Part shown: positions 9,782 to 18,858 of the stretch, piece after piece
Position numbering within the stretch: the stretch's first letter is position 1
How the letters are laid out: each line of letters opens with the position of its first letter
From: an uncultured bacterium
GTDB lineage: Bacteria; Omnitrophota; Gorgyraeia; Ghiorseimicrobiales; Ghiorseimicrobiaceae
Direction of reading: 5' to 3'
DNA: 64,000 nucleotides
Assembly: GCA_913009335.1 (NCBI GenBank)
Contig: CAJVXN010000001.1
Coordinates: 71,709 to 135,708, forward strand
Position numbers and translations under genes: made by a program
Notes under the pieces: model-generated
Seen by the model: the letters and a program-made list of their open reading frames with translations, nothing else
What the model was told of the DNA's origin: nothing
Database searches by the model: none

Positions 9782-10264
9782 TTACTTATTCTTCTCAGCA
9801 GTTACGGCTTTTTCAAACAAGGAGATCCTATCTAATTCAATGCTCACCTGCTTATTTAAATCGCTAAAATACCCTTTAAGCTTTTTTATGTGTATTTGCG
9901 TGAGAGCATCGCTTACGGAAGAGACTGTATTCAAACCCTTAATATTCAGATCATTCGTCCGTTTTATTGCCCGCAGCCATCCCGTAAGACTGATAAAAAC
10001 ATCCTCATTCAAATCATCTTTATCTATGGCGTTGAAAATATTTATCATATGAAAATAGGCATCTAACTGCGTAGTCGTCATAATGCATGAATCCCACATG
10101 CTGCTTATTAAAACTACGTCGTTGGATTTAACAAGTAAGGGTTTTAATTCTTGCGCCTCCCTAAAAAAATTGTCCCTCATTATCAAAAATGGATTTTCAA
10201 AAGCATAGAGATTAAAATTACATAATAACAATAAACTCAAAAAAATAAGGAATCTTCTTTTCAT
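9782..10264 (-). CDS. Secreted hypothetical protein (signal peptide), immediately upstream of heme-sensor kinase
   Basis: N-terminus MKRRFLIFLSLLLLCNFNLYAFE is signal-peptide-like. No recognisable domain. Confidence 0.45.
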   Translation of the reverse strand: MKRRFLIFLSLLLLCNFNLYAFENPFLIMRDNFFREAQELKPLLVKSNDVVLISSMWDSCIMTTTQLDAYFHMINIFNAIDKDDLNEDVFISLTGWLRAIKRTNDLNIKGLNTVSSVSDALTQIHIKKLKGYFSDLNKQVSIELDRISLFEKAVTAEKNK

Positions 10265-10335
10265 TTTTTCCCTCCGGGTTAAAGCTCAACCAGCCTTGTT
10301 TTTATATAAATACTCCAGTTTTATTTAAATAAGCT

Positions 10336-11865
10336 CTATATCAAATTAACCCTGGATCTTCTTAGTAAACTGTCCGCATCTTCACCTTCACTGCAAAGTG
10401 CCATACCTAAACTAAAAGTTATATCTTTTTCTAATTTTTCCTCGGCTATAAATTTTTGTATGACCTCCTTAAAACGATCCGAAATAGCCAAAACATCTTT
10501 TTTATCGACATCCGATAAGAATACCGCGATCTCATCAAAGTGGCTTACAACTAAATCGCTGCGCCTATATAAAGATGACTTTATCAACTGCTCAACCCGC
10601 GTCATTAATTGCGTTACCTGCTGCCCGAGTTTATTAAACATTTTTAGAAAATCGTCCATACGCACTACTATAATAAAGGCTGATATTTGACTTTCCAGTG
10701 CTGAATAAACCGCATCATCAAGAGCTTGTCGAAATACAAGCTCAGTACTATACCTGGGAAGAAGAAAAGAAATCTTAGTCCATTTACCAAGCTCACTATC
10801 AACCCGAATACTACCGCCATGGGCCTCAATCACTCCTTTGCTAATCGCCAAACCAAGACCGGTCCCTTTTTCTCCTTCTCCTTCAATACGTCCAAACTGC
10901 TGAAATTTACCAAATATCCTCGGTAAATCATCCTTTGAAATACCTATCCCGGTATCTAAAACAGCACATTCAATCTTCGCTGCCTGTTGGCATACATCAA
11001 TCTGCACAAAACCTTCTTTCGTAAATTTCAACGCGTTATTTACTAAGTTAGTAAAAACCTGCGTAATCTTATCCTTATCGGCATAGATTTCAATTTTTTC
11101 TTTTGGAACATTTGCTTTGAGCTCTAAGCCTTGACTTTTCGCCTTAGGCTCAAAGAAATAAACCACCTCTTTAACTATATCCTTAACATCAACCGCTTTT
11201 TTCTTAAGAGCTATATTCCCTGCTTCAATCTTGGATATATCAAGCAAGTTGTTAATCAAGCGGGTTAATCTCTCTAGATTTTGCCTCGCGATGATAAGAA
11301 TGCTTTTTTGTTGTTGATTTATTTTCCCTGTTATTTCATCTATGATCAGGCCTATAGCTTCATTCATTGTAGAAAGCGGCGTTCGCAACTCATGGGAAAC
11401 AATAAAGATAAAGTCCGACTTTACTTTATCCAGTCTTTTAAGCTCTTGATTTTTCTTGTCCAGCTCTTTATAGAGAATACGTATAGACTCATTTGTCTTA
11501 CCAAGCCCCCAGGTCTGCACGTCTAACTCTTCTTCGGCTTTTTTAAGGCTATCTTTAAGCAAAACATAACGATTAAAGATTTCCCGCAGTAATCCGGCAC
11601 CATGATTACTCAATAAAGTCCTATCCAATGACTTTATTTTAAGCAGCCTTTGCTGTATTTTATCATCCCCGGAAATATTTACTACTGAATCCACTCTCCT
11701 GCCGCCTGATATTTTTTCAACAACAGTATTTATATCCTTAGTATCCTGTTTTAGGTCCAAAACGCCTAGAATATTTATTATTTTGCTTTCAGAAAATAAC
11801 TCACGAAACTTTACCGTCATATCACGGGCGCCGATAAGCACTATATTCATTTTGGTTTTTTTCAT
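10336..11865 (-). CDS. Cytoplasmic histidine kinase with C-terminal degenerate GGDEF-like domain retaining RxxD I-site
   Basis: HisKA motif VSHELRTPLSTM. HATPase_c motifs NLVNNALKFT and GTGLGLAISKGVIEAHGG. C-terminal domain follows the GGDEF layout (RMDDFLKMFNKLG...YRRSDLVVSHFDEIAVFL...SLGMAL). The catalytic GG(D/E)EF is replaced by SHFDE, while RRSD sits 5 residues upstream like an I-site. Confidence 0.75.
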   Translation of the reverse strand: MKKTKMNIVLIGARDMTVKFRELFSESKIINILGVLDLKQDTKDINTVVEKISGGRRVDSVVNISGDDKIQQRLLKIKSLDRTLLSNHGAGLLREIFNRYVLLKDSLKKAEEELDVQTWGLGKTNESIRILYKELDKKNQELKRLDKVKSDFIFIVSHELRTPLSTMNEAIGLIIDEITGKINQQQKSILIIARQNLERLTRLINNLLDISKIEAGNIALKKKAVDVKDIVKEVVYFFEPKAKSQGLELKANVPKEKIEIYADKDKITQVFTNLVNNALKFTKEGFVQIDVCQQAAKIECAVLDTGIGISKDDLPRIFGKFQQFGRIEGEGEKGTGLGLAISKGVIEAHGGSIRVDSELGKWTKISFLLPRYSTELVFRQALDDAVYSALESQISAFIIVVRMDDFLKMFNKLGQQVTQLMTRVEQLIKSSLYRRSDLVVSHFDEIAVFLSDVDKKDVLAISDRFKEVIQKFIAEEKLEKDITFSLGMALCSEGEDADSLLRRSRVNLI

Positions 11866-11890
11866 ATCAGGTAATGTTTAAAATAACACC

Positions 11891-12283
11891 TTACAGCAGA
11901 CGCTTAACCGTCTCGAGCAATGGCGCGGCGTCGCTGGTCTTAACACAGTAATCATTCGCGCCGGCTCTCCTGGCCTCTATCGCATCGACGGCAGCAATTG
12001 AACCGGTACAGATAATAATCTTAGGCTTATGCGAACCGAAATTCTTACGAAGCTGACGGCAAACCTCAAAACCGTTAATGCCGGGCAGCATAGTATCTGT
12101 AATTACTAAATCCGGATTTTTCAACTTTGCTTTCTTAATCCCTTCTTCTCCGGTCTCAGCCGTAATAATTTTTTCATATCCGGCCTTCTTAAGAAATCGG
12201 CTAAATATCTTTCTGTCCGTTTCACTATCATCAATTATCAAAATTGTTTCATCGCTCATTTTCATCTCCTTCAATGAAGCCAC
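11891..12283 (-). CDS. Single-domain response regulator (CheY-like REC)
   Basis: ILIIDDSETDRK...LVITDTMLPGINGFEVCRQL...IIICTGS...YCVKT. Confidence 0.85.
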   Translation of the reverse strand: MASLKEMKMSDETILIIDDSETDRKIFSRFLKKAGYEKIITAETGEEGIKKAKLKNPDLVITDTMLPGINGFEVCRQLRKNFGSHKPKIIICTGSIAAVDAIEARRAGANDYCVKTSDAAPLLETVKRLL

Positions 12284-12391
12284 AATTTATGGAAGTCAAA
12301 AAACTGACATAAATTGTATGGCTGAATTGTCCCACCGAGTGTGTCAAAATTGTAAAATAGAATTTTGGCACATTTTACGAGGTGGGATAGA

Positions 12392-14362
12392 TTAAATGTC
12401 CTCATCAATAATCTTTTTTTTATCTTTCCCACCTTTACTCAGAATCTTCGGTATTGTAAAATAAAATGTGGCGCCTTTACCGGGACTGGAATCAATCCAG
12501 ATGTTACCACCGTGATCATCGATAACTCTTTTGACAATACTCAATCCGGCGCCTGTGCCCTCATATTCTTTTGCTGTATGTAGACGCTGAAAAATACTAA
12601 AAACCTTGTGATGATGCTCAGAGGCAATACCAATACCATTATCTTTGACGGAAAACTTGTGAAAATCGTCATTATCCGCATAATTAACCTCTACTCTGGG
12701 ATTCTCCTTGTTGTTCTTGGAAGAAAATTTTACCGCATTATTGATCAAGTTCAAAAAAACTTCCGTTATTTTAATGCGATCACATTTAACAATCGGAATA
12801 TCCGCCTGGACAACCAAGCGAACATTATGCGTTTTAATATCAAAATCGATACGCTCTTTTACTTCATTTATTGTCGCGTTAATATCAACGTCTTCATAAG
12901 GATTCTTAATTCTCGAAATTCGTGACAGCGCAAGCAGGTCATCAATTAGCTTATTCATGCGATGCGTACCCTCACTAATCTCTCTTAAACATTCTTTGCC
13001 ATCTTCATCGAACTTATTTATGTAATCCTCTTTAAGAAAATTCGCGAAAGCCGTAATTCCCCTTAGCGGGGCCCGTAAATCGTGGCTTGCCGTATAAACA
13101 AAACTATCCAGCTCCTTATTAGCCTCTTCCAGCAGTTTTTTCTGTTCTTCAAGCTCCGATTTTTTCTCTTCTACATTAGCCTTGGCTTTGATTAAGTTGT
13201 CTGTCATTTGGTTAAAAGAATGCGCCAACTCCCCAATCTCATCTTTTGCGCTAATCTCGGCCCTCACAGAAAGCTCGCCATTAGCAATTATGCCGGAAAT
13301 CCGTGTTAGTTCTTTAATCGGACCGGAAATAGAACGCGCGATAAGAATAGCTGCGATTACAACTATGAATAAAAGTATTAAACTAATCAATAATAACGTT
13401 TTTCGCAGCTTATCGGCTGATGCAAAAACTTCAGCTGTATCCATCTTTACCGCTATTGCCCATCTAAAAGAAGGTACATGTTTCCATGCGGACAAAACTT
13501 CCCTGCCTCGATAATCAACGGTAATGCCCGAACCGCTTTCGCCCAAAAGAGCTTTTTGTATATGCTGACTATTATCGGAGCCGATAACTTCTCTTTTTGT
13601 GAACGCGGCATGCTCATCAAATCTCAAAGGAGTAATAAACACCGCTTCATTACCCAGCCTTACTGCTATAATTGTCTCGCCGGTCCGGCCTAAACCCGTA
13701 TAATCTTTAACTAAGGAACTTACTCCCGTATTGCCCATTTGCGCGGCAATGATCCCAATAATATCCCCTCCTTTAAAAACCGGCACGGCAATAAAAAAAG
13801 CCCCTTGATTAATCTTGGGATAATATTGGAGATCGGATATTTCCAGTTCATGCGATATATTCACTCGCATGAAGACTTTCGAAAGTTGAGAATCTTTATA
13901 TTTACCCGCGTAAATCGACCCGTGAATCTTGCTCTGGTTTACAGAAAATATTATGTCACCATATGGACGAATTATAAAAAGATCGTCATATCCGGATGAT
14001 TTCTGATAATATGTTAAAAACGGCTTGTATTCCCGTTCAACAGCTATATATTCTTCGCTTTCAACCCCCTTATCAAAGGCCTGATCAAATTCTTCAATAA
14101 GCGTAACCGTATCCGACATATGCGACAATCTAAGCACGTCTTCTTTCATTTTATCAAGATATACTTTAACCTGGTTAGATTTATTCTCCGCGACAGCAAG
14201 CAGACTATTTGATACCTCCTCTTCTAAAACTAATCTGGCGCTGTTATAACTTATGTAGGTGGCTATTGATAAAGGCACCGAAGCAATAAACAAAAACCAT
14301 AAAATGAACTTAGCGGTAATGGAAATTTTTTTAAAATGCTTTATGGTCGAGACAGGCTTCAT
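12392..14362 (-). CDS. Sensor histidine kinase with periplasmic double-Cache-like domain, HAMP, HisKA, HATPase_c
   Basis: 656 aa. TM1 is FILWFLFIASVPLSIATYISY. Periplasmic region is ~280 aa. TM2 is LLLISLILLFIVVIAAILIA. HAMP follows. HisKA motif TASHDLRAPLRGI. HATPase_c motifs NLINNAVKFS and GTGAGLSIVKRVIDDHGG. Confidence 0.85.
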   Translation of the reverse strand: MKPVSTIKHFKKISITAKFILWFLFIASVPLSIATYISYNSARLVLEEEVSNSLLAVAENKSNQVKVYLDKMKEDVLRLSHMSDTVTLIEEFDQAFDKGVESEEYIAVEREYKPFLTYYQKSSGYDDLFIIRPYGDIIFSVNQSKIHGSIYAGKYKDSQLSKVFMRVNISHELEISDLQYYPKINQGAFFIAVPVFKGGDIIGIIAAQMGNTGVSSLVKDYTGLGRTGETIIAVRLGNEAVFITPLRFDEHAAFTKREVIGSDNSQHIQKALLGESGSGITVDYRGREVLSAWKHVPSFRWAIAVKMDTAEVFASADKLRKTLLLISLILLFIVVIAAILIARSISGPIKELTRISGIIANGELSVRAEISAKDEIGELAHSFNQMTDNLIKAKANVEEKKSELEEQKKLLEEANKELDSFVYTASHDLRAPLRGITAFANFLKEDYINKFDEDGKECLREISEGTHRMNKLIDDLLALSRISRIKNPYEDVDINATINEVKERIDFDIKTHNVRLVVQADIPIVKCDRIKITEVFLNLINNAVKFSSKNNKENPRVEVNYADNDDFHKFSVKDNGIGIASEHHHKVFSIFQRLHTAKEYEGTGAGLSIVKRVIDDHGGNIWIDSSPGKGATFYFTIPKILSKGGKDKKKIIDEDI

Positions 14363-14383
14363 TTCTTTTTTTCTTTCCTTAAA

Positions 14384-14941
14384 TTACGGCACTGCAATTT
14401 TAAATACAGATATGCTGCATACCGCCACACTTGATCCCCGTGATTTAGGGCTTATTCTATATTTATCAATAAAAAGTAAATTATCCGAACTCTCGATAAA
14501 GTACATAAAATCAATCAATTGCTCCATCTGGGATTCGCATGTCAACTTAACAAAATACTTATAATATTCCTGTTCCGGCTCTACCCCGCCGGGCTTTATG
14601 TCTACAAGATAAACTGAAGCCTTATTTGCCAGGCTTTCAATTTCCTTCAGCAAAGAAGCCATCTCTTCATCTTCGGATTCAACTACGCCGAAAAAATGCG
14701 CGTACTTCCGGCTTTCTTTCAATATTTTTTCTTTATAAGCCAATATATGCAGATTCCGTCCAATACCCGACTCTTTCTCCTTAATTTCCGTATTCACTTC
14801 CTGCATATTGGATAAAATCGGACTTATTGCCAGGCGATCCAAGAATGTAAGCGAGATGAAAAATATAGCTCCATAAAAAATAAATTTTTCGCGCTTAGAT
14901 AGGCCTGATAAAATCTTATAAATTGACTGAATATTCATCAT
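14384..14941 (-). CDS. GspM/PilO-like bitopic inner-membrane assembly protein
   Basis: 185 aa. Single N-terminal TM (FIFYGAIFFISLTFL), then coiled-coil and a ferredoxin-like periplasmic domain. Lies directly downstream of the PilMN/GspL-like gene. Confidence 0.55.
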   Translation of the reverse strand: MMNIQSIYKILSGLSKREKFIFYGAIFFISLTFLDRLAISPILSNMQEVNTEIKEKESGIGRNLHILAYKEKILKESRKYAHFFGVVESEDEEMASLLKEIESLANKASVYLVDIKPGGVEPEQEYYKYFVKLTCESQMEQLIDFMYFIESSDNLLFIDKYRISPKSRGSSVAVCSISVFKIAVP

Positions 14942-14944
14942 TTT

Positions 14945-16426
14945 TTAATTAAACTTTTTACTGAGCAGACATACTATCTCGAAATCTGCCACATCCCCGG
15001 TTTCCAGCTTACGCTTTGTCGTATAACGATTCTTGACGTCAGTAAAATAATCTGACTTTTCCATATCCTCAACAAATGAAAACACTGCCGCCATGGATTT
15101 AGCTATGCCCTTTATGGAAAATTTACCTTGCGAGTCAAATTTAATATCAGATAATAATATATTTTGCGGCAGAATAATATAAAGCTCGCCCAAAACTTCT
15201 AAAGAATAACCGCGAGCTGACAAAACATTCTTTATTACTTGAATTCTTGTAAAATCGCGCTCTAGGGTCAAAACTTCTTTCGACTGCGGACCATATATTG
15301 TTTTTAATCTCTTTAAATAGCTGTTTTTAAAATAAACTTTACTTATTAACAAGCTGCATATCAAAACAAAAATTGTAATGATAAAAATTCCTGCCTTGAT
15401 GATATCTTTACTTTTTTCTTGAAATGCGCGCTTTAGTTTTATCTCTTCCGGAATAAGTCCTAACTTAATATTGTCAAAAGTCAAAAGCGGAGCAATAATA
15501 TGCAAAAATGACCTCGTTCGAACAAGCGGCTCCAGGCTAGAGGCCCTTGTTCCTATGGGTAAGAAATTAAGATAAAACAAATTGCTTACAGGAATACGCA
15601 AAGATTCATTCAGGCTGGATTCCAGCCGCATAGCTTCATCTATTAACCCGGTCAGAATAATCCTGTTCGGCATTTTTTCGATACTATCCGATTCATAGGC
15701 TTCCAAAGAATTTTTTATCTCTTCGGTAAATCTTAACGCGTAATATTCCTTTTCTTTTGTTAAATGTAAGGCGCCTATGGGTATATTTCGAAAATACATC
15801 ACCTTTTCTTTGAAAATAACCGTAAAATCCGTAAAATCTTCGCTAATATGTACAACACTTACCGGAAAATCCCGCGCGTCCGATTTTGACACTTTTGAAA
15901 TAAACTGCCCGATGCTCTCCGCGGCAAAAAGCACTTTATCTAAATGAATGCCGGCATTACGAAATATCTCAAACTGCCTTTTTATTACATTGCGCGGCAC
16001 AATTACAAGCAACACTTTCGTATAATTATGCTTATAAGCTCCGATATCAACATAATCAATAATTATTTCTTCGCGCGAATAAGGAGTATGTCTTCCCGCC
16101 TGCAAACTTATAATTTCTTTTATCTCGCCGGGGTCACGCGACGGTATCTCAATATTCTTGGTAATAACTAAATGCGAGGGTACGATACTTAAAACAACCG
16201 CGGGATTTATTTTTTGTTCACTAAATTCAATTCGTATCGCTTCCGATATATCGTTATCGTTCGCGCTTTTTATATTTTTTGTTGAAAAAATAAGGTCATC
16301 AAGGGCACCCTTAGATACCTTGGCATAAGCTGTTTTTAAAGAATTTTCATCAAAATCTATGACCGCGATGGTTCTCTTACCAAGGCCGAATATTGAACCT
16401 ATTCTTTTCATGTCTATTGCGAACAT
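14945..16426 (-). CDS. GspL-like / PilM-PilN fusion (actin-like cytoplasmic domain + TM + periplasmic domain)
   Basis: 493 aa. N-terminal PilM-like start (RTIAVIDFDENSLKTAYAKV). A TM lies near residues 340-362 (IIKAGIFIITIFVLICSLLISKVYF). The C-terminal periplasmic domain is PilN-like. Confidence 0.65.
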   Translation of the reverse strand: MFAIDMKRIGSIFGLGKRTIAVIDFDENSLKTAYAKVSKGALDDLIFSTKNIKSANDNDISEAIRIEFSEQKINPAVVLSIVPSHLVITKNIEIPSRDPGEIKEIISLQAGRHTPYSREEIIIDYVDIGAYKHNYTKVLLVIVPRNVIKRQFEIFRNAGIHLDKVLFAAESIGQFISKVSKSDARDFPVSVVHISEDFTDFTVIFKEKVMYFRNIPIGALHLTKEKEYYALRFTEEIKNSLEAYESDSIEKMPNRIILTGLIDEAMRLESSLNESLRIPVSNLFYLNFLPIGTRASSLEPLVRTRSFLHIIAPLLTFDNIKLGLIPEEIKLKRAFQEKSKDIIKAGIFIITIFVLICSLLISKVYFKNSYLKRLKTIYGPQSKEVLTLERDFTRIQVIKNVLSARGYSLEVLGELYIILPQNILLSDIKFDSQGKFSIKGIAKSMAAVFSFVEDMEKSDYFTDVKNRYTTKRKLETGDVADFEIVCLLSKKFN

Positions 16427-16545
16427 AAGCTAAAAACCCCCAAGAAAATCGCCTTCGGCTGATAACCTTATACGATTTTCAGTGGTATAGGAAAGTGCTT
16501 TACCTGTGCCCGTAAGGGTATACTTTCCTAGTACCATAAAAATTA

Positions 16546-17607
16546 TTACAGCTCCCGCCAGTATAATATCTTCCCTCTTTCATCAACTACGCAGCGCACT
16601 TGATGCTTGCCCTTTTTATTTTCTAACCTTGCCGTAGACTCAATCGTAAAATTACTGGAATTCGTAGTTAAATTTTGATCTGAAATCGCATTTAATTCCG
16701 CTATCTCAGATTCACTAAACTCAAAAATTCCGCTTAATACCGGGACTATTGACGATACGGCATCAAAAATATTATCATCGTTTGTGCCCGTAATCCCATC
16801 ATCCCCCTGGCGAAAAAGAATAATTCTATCAACGATATATTTCCGCAGGCCCAAAACCGACAAGATGCCGCTTGACGCCGTATTAATATTAATATTACCG
16901 CTACCGTAGATAGTAATATAATTTTTTAGGCGTTCGAATAAATCCACTGTCATACCATTAACTAAAAGAAGTTCTTCAACAACTTCAAATTCAGCATCTT
17001 TTGCTTCGTAAGGAAATTGCGAGTTCCTATAATCTCTATCTTCCGCGCTGCCTAATGGTATAGACAATTCGCTATCGCTATCACGCCAATCAATGATTGA
17101 CGCCGCCAACTCTTGAGCGCCTGTCGCGTCAAACTCAAAAATAATTCGGAACAACCGCCTTAAAACCGCACTAGACGCCGTATTTATATTAATCTTGCTT
17201 TCCTCGTCAACAATTCCATAGCGAAGTTCTGTTACTTTTGTATCATCATTGAAATATTCATAAGAAACGCTAAACGTCCCCTCCCCAACTCTAACCTTTT
17301 TAAATATACTCTTACTATTGCGCCAGTTATCACTTAAACTATCGGGGGTATCCTCCGATGCTTTCCTTAATTCAGTGATCGCGCGCTTAACACCCGCTTC
17401 CGCTATAAGACGCAACTTGCTTCTTTCATCAATCCTGTGTGCCAAACTAATTTTCTGCCTGACGCCGGAGCCTAAAACTACCGCGAATATACTTAGCAAA
17501 CAAAGGGACCAAAGAGCAATTATTAAGATACTACCCCTCTTTTTTTTAATATTATCCGCCAACCGGAATCCTAACAGTTCTAATAAACTCGTTTTTTTGT
17601 AAATCAT
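16546..17607 (-). CDS. gspK: Type II secretion minor pseudopilin GspK-like
   Basis: 353 aa. N-terminal hydrophobic segment SILIIALWSLCLLSIFAVVLG. Two NINTAS helix-hairpin-helix-like motifs (KININTASSAVL and NININTASSGIL) are typical of GspK. Position is at the end of the pseudopilin block. Confidence 0.7.
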   Translation of the reverse strand: MIYKKTSLLELLGFRLADNIKKKRGSILIIALWSLCLLSIFAVVLGSGVRQKISLAHRIDERSKLRLIAEAGVKRAITELRKASEDTPDSLSDNWRNSKSIFKKVRVGEGTFSVSYEYFNDDTKVTELRYGIVDEESKININTASSAVLRRLFRIIFEFDATGAQELAASIIDWRDSDSELSIPLGSAEDRDYRNSQFPYEAKDAEFEVVEELLLVNGMTVDLFERLKNYITIYGSGNININTASSGILSVLGLRKYIVDRIILFRQGDDGITGTNDDNIFDAVSSIVPVLSGIFEFSESEIAELNAISDQNLTTNSSNFTIESTARLENKKGKHQVRCVVDERGKILYWREL

Positions 17608-18187
17608 CTTTAAAAGCTAATTTAATTCGCACCGCAAGAGGCAGCTGCTCGTTTTTCCACTCGTCCTGCCAAACATATTCAGCCATTTCTTTATCATAAA
17701 AATAGTAACTAAATTTTAAACTTTCGATATTCGAAAGCGGCTGCGTAATTACCCCTGGACGCTGTTCATAAATCTGAGTAAAATCTCTTTCTTCCCTGAT
17801 TACAACACCCCTTAACGCGTCATAATTATAAATCATTTCTCCTACGGTTTTCTTATTTAAAGTTTTGCTATTTATAAAAGTCGTAAATATTAGTACATCT
17901 TCTTTACCGGAAAACGTAAGTCCGGAAAATCCAAAACTGTTTCGCAGGCTAGTTGTAAATTTATCAAAAAAAATACTCAAATCCTCTTCTTTAGACTGCT
18001 CGTTCATTCTGTTACGAATCTCAACACCATTACTAAAAGTTGTATACAGAGCAAAAGATATAAACGGTAATATAGCCGCCACAATAAGCACTTCGACCAA
18101 TGTAAACCCCGTTAGAGATAGTCCCGCCTTTGGCGGGACGTCCGTAACAGAAAACCTTTTTAATAATCCTCTATGCTTCATAAACAT
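17552..18187 (-). CDS. Prepilin-type minor pseudopilin (GspJ-like) with long K/R-rich leader
   Basis: Class-III signal motif KAGLSLTG|FTLVEVLIVAAIL. 211 aa. Overlaps gspK-like by 56 nt. Confidence 0.7.
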   Translation of the reverse strand: MFMKHRGLLKRFSVTDVPPKAGLSLTGFTLVEVLIVAAILPFISFALYTTFSNGVEIRNRMNEQSKEEDLSIFFDKFTTSLRNSFGFSGLTFSGKEDVLIFTTFINSKTLNKKTVGEMIYNYDALRGVVIREERDFTQIYEQRPGVITQPLSNIESLKFSYYFYDKEMAEYVWQDEWKNEQLPLAVRIKLAFKDDLQKNEFIRTVRIPVGG

Positions 18188-18237
18188 TGAATTGCCGCGT
18201 AAATACTTTAGTTATTATCTCTAACGGGGTAAAACCC
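18103..18237. repeat. Inverted repeat pair bracketing start codon/leader of pseudopilin gene 17552..18187 (arms gtaaaccccgttagagata / tatctctaacggggtaaaaccc) plus internal hairpin gtcccgcctttggcgggac
   Basis: Arm 1 is at 18103-18121, inside the coding sequence for LSLTGF. Arm 2 is at 18216-18237 in the 5' UTR. In the mRNA, 5'-ccccgttagagat...AUG...atctctaacgggg-3' can pair. The same module recurs at the next two pseudopilin genes. Confidence 0.6.
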
Positions 18238-18292
18238 GATAAAAGCCTCTTACGATATTTTCTATAAACCGGCATCGGTAATTTCTCTCTTA

Positions 18293-18751
18293 TTATATAT
18301 TTGTCGCGTCATATATCGCGTAGGCGTTACGCGAAACTTTTACCTGCCGCTTACCTTCCTGCCAGGTAATTTCCAGATTTATCTCATACATACTATACAT
18401 ATCTTCATCATCTACTAGATTAAAGGATAAATCCCAATTGAATGTTCTATTGCGATCTTCAAACTTACCGTTCCTTAATATATTCGCGCCTGGCCCTAAA
18501 TGCTCTAAATCATCCTGAGTCTGCCAAATTTTCTCATCTGCCCAGCTAGCGAGATTCAAATAGTTAACGTAATAATTGTGTAAATCCAGTGATGACAAAA
18601 ATGTTTCGTGTATTAATACGACCCCCAACAATAAAACCATCGCTGCGATCATTACCTCGAAAAGCGTAAACCCCGTTAGAGATAGTCCCGCCTTAGCGGG
18701 ACGTCTATTGACGATAAAATCTTTTAATAACCGTCTAAATCTCTTAAACAT
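18293..18751 (-). CDS. Prepilin-type minor pseudopilin (GspI/H-like) with long K/R-rich leader
   Basis: RRPAKAGLSLTG|FTLFEVMIAAMVLL. 152 aa. Confidence 0.7.
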   Translation of the reverse strand: MFKRFRRLLKDFIVNRRPAKAGLSLTGFTLFEVMIAAMVLLLGVVLIHETFLSSLDLHNYYVNYLNLASWADEKIWQTQDDLEHLGPGANILRNGKFEDRNRTFNWDLSFNLVDDEDMYSMYEINLEITWQEGKRQVKVSRNAYAIYDATNI

Positions 18752-18845
18752 TGAATTGCCGCGTAAATACTTCGGTCGTTATCTCTAATCCAGAAGGATA
18801 GACCTTACCTGTTCCTTTGAAGGAAGGGTCTAACGGGGTAAATCC
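18666..18845. repeat. Inverted repeat pair at pseudopilin gene 18293..18751; UTR arm split by a 41-nt insertion; hairpin gtcccgccttagcgggac with compensatory loop change
   Basis: Coding arm at 18666-18685. UTR arm ttatctctaa (18779-18788) is separated by an insertion from tctaacggggtaaatcc (18829-18845). The 50 nt at 18741-18790 are near-identical to 18181-18230. Confidence 0.6.
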
Positions 18846-18858
18846 TCCGGCCGTTTTT

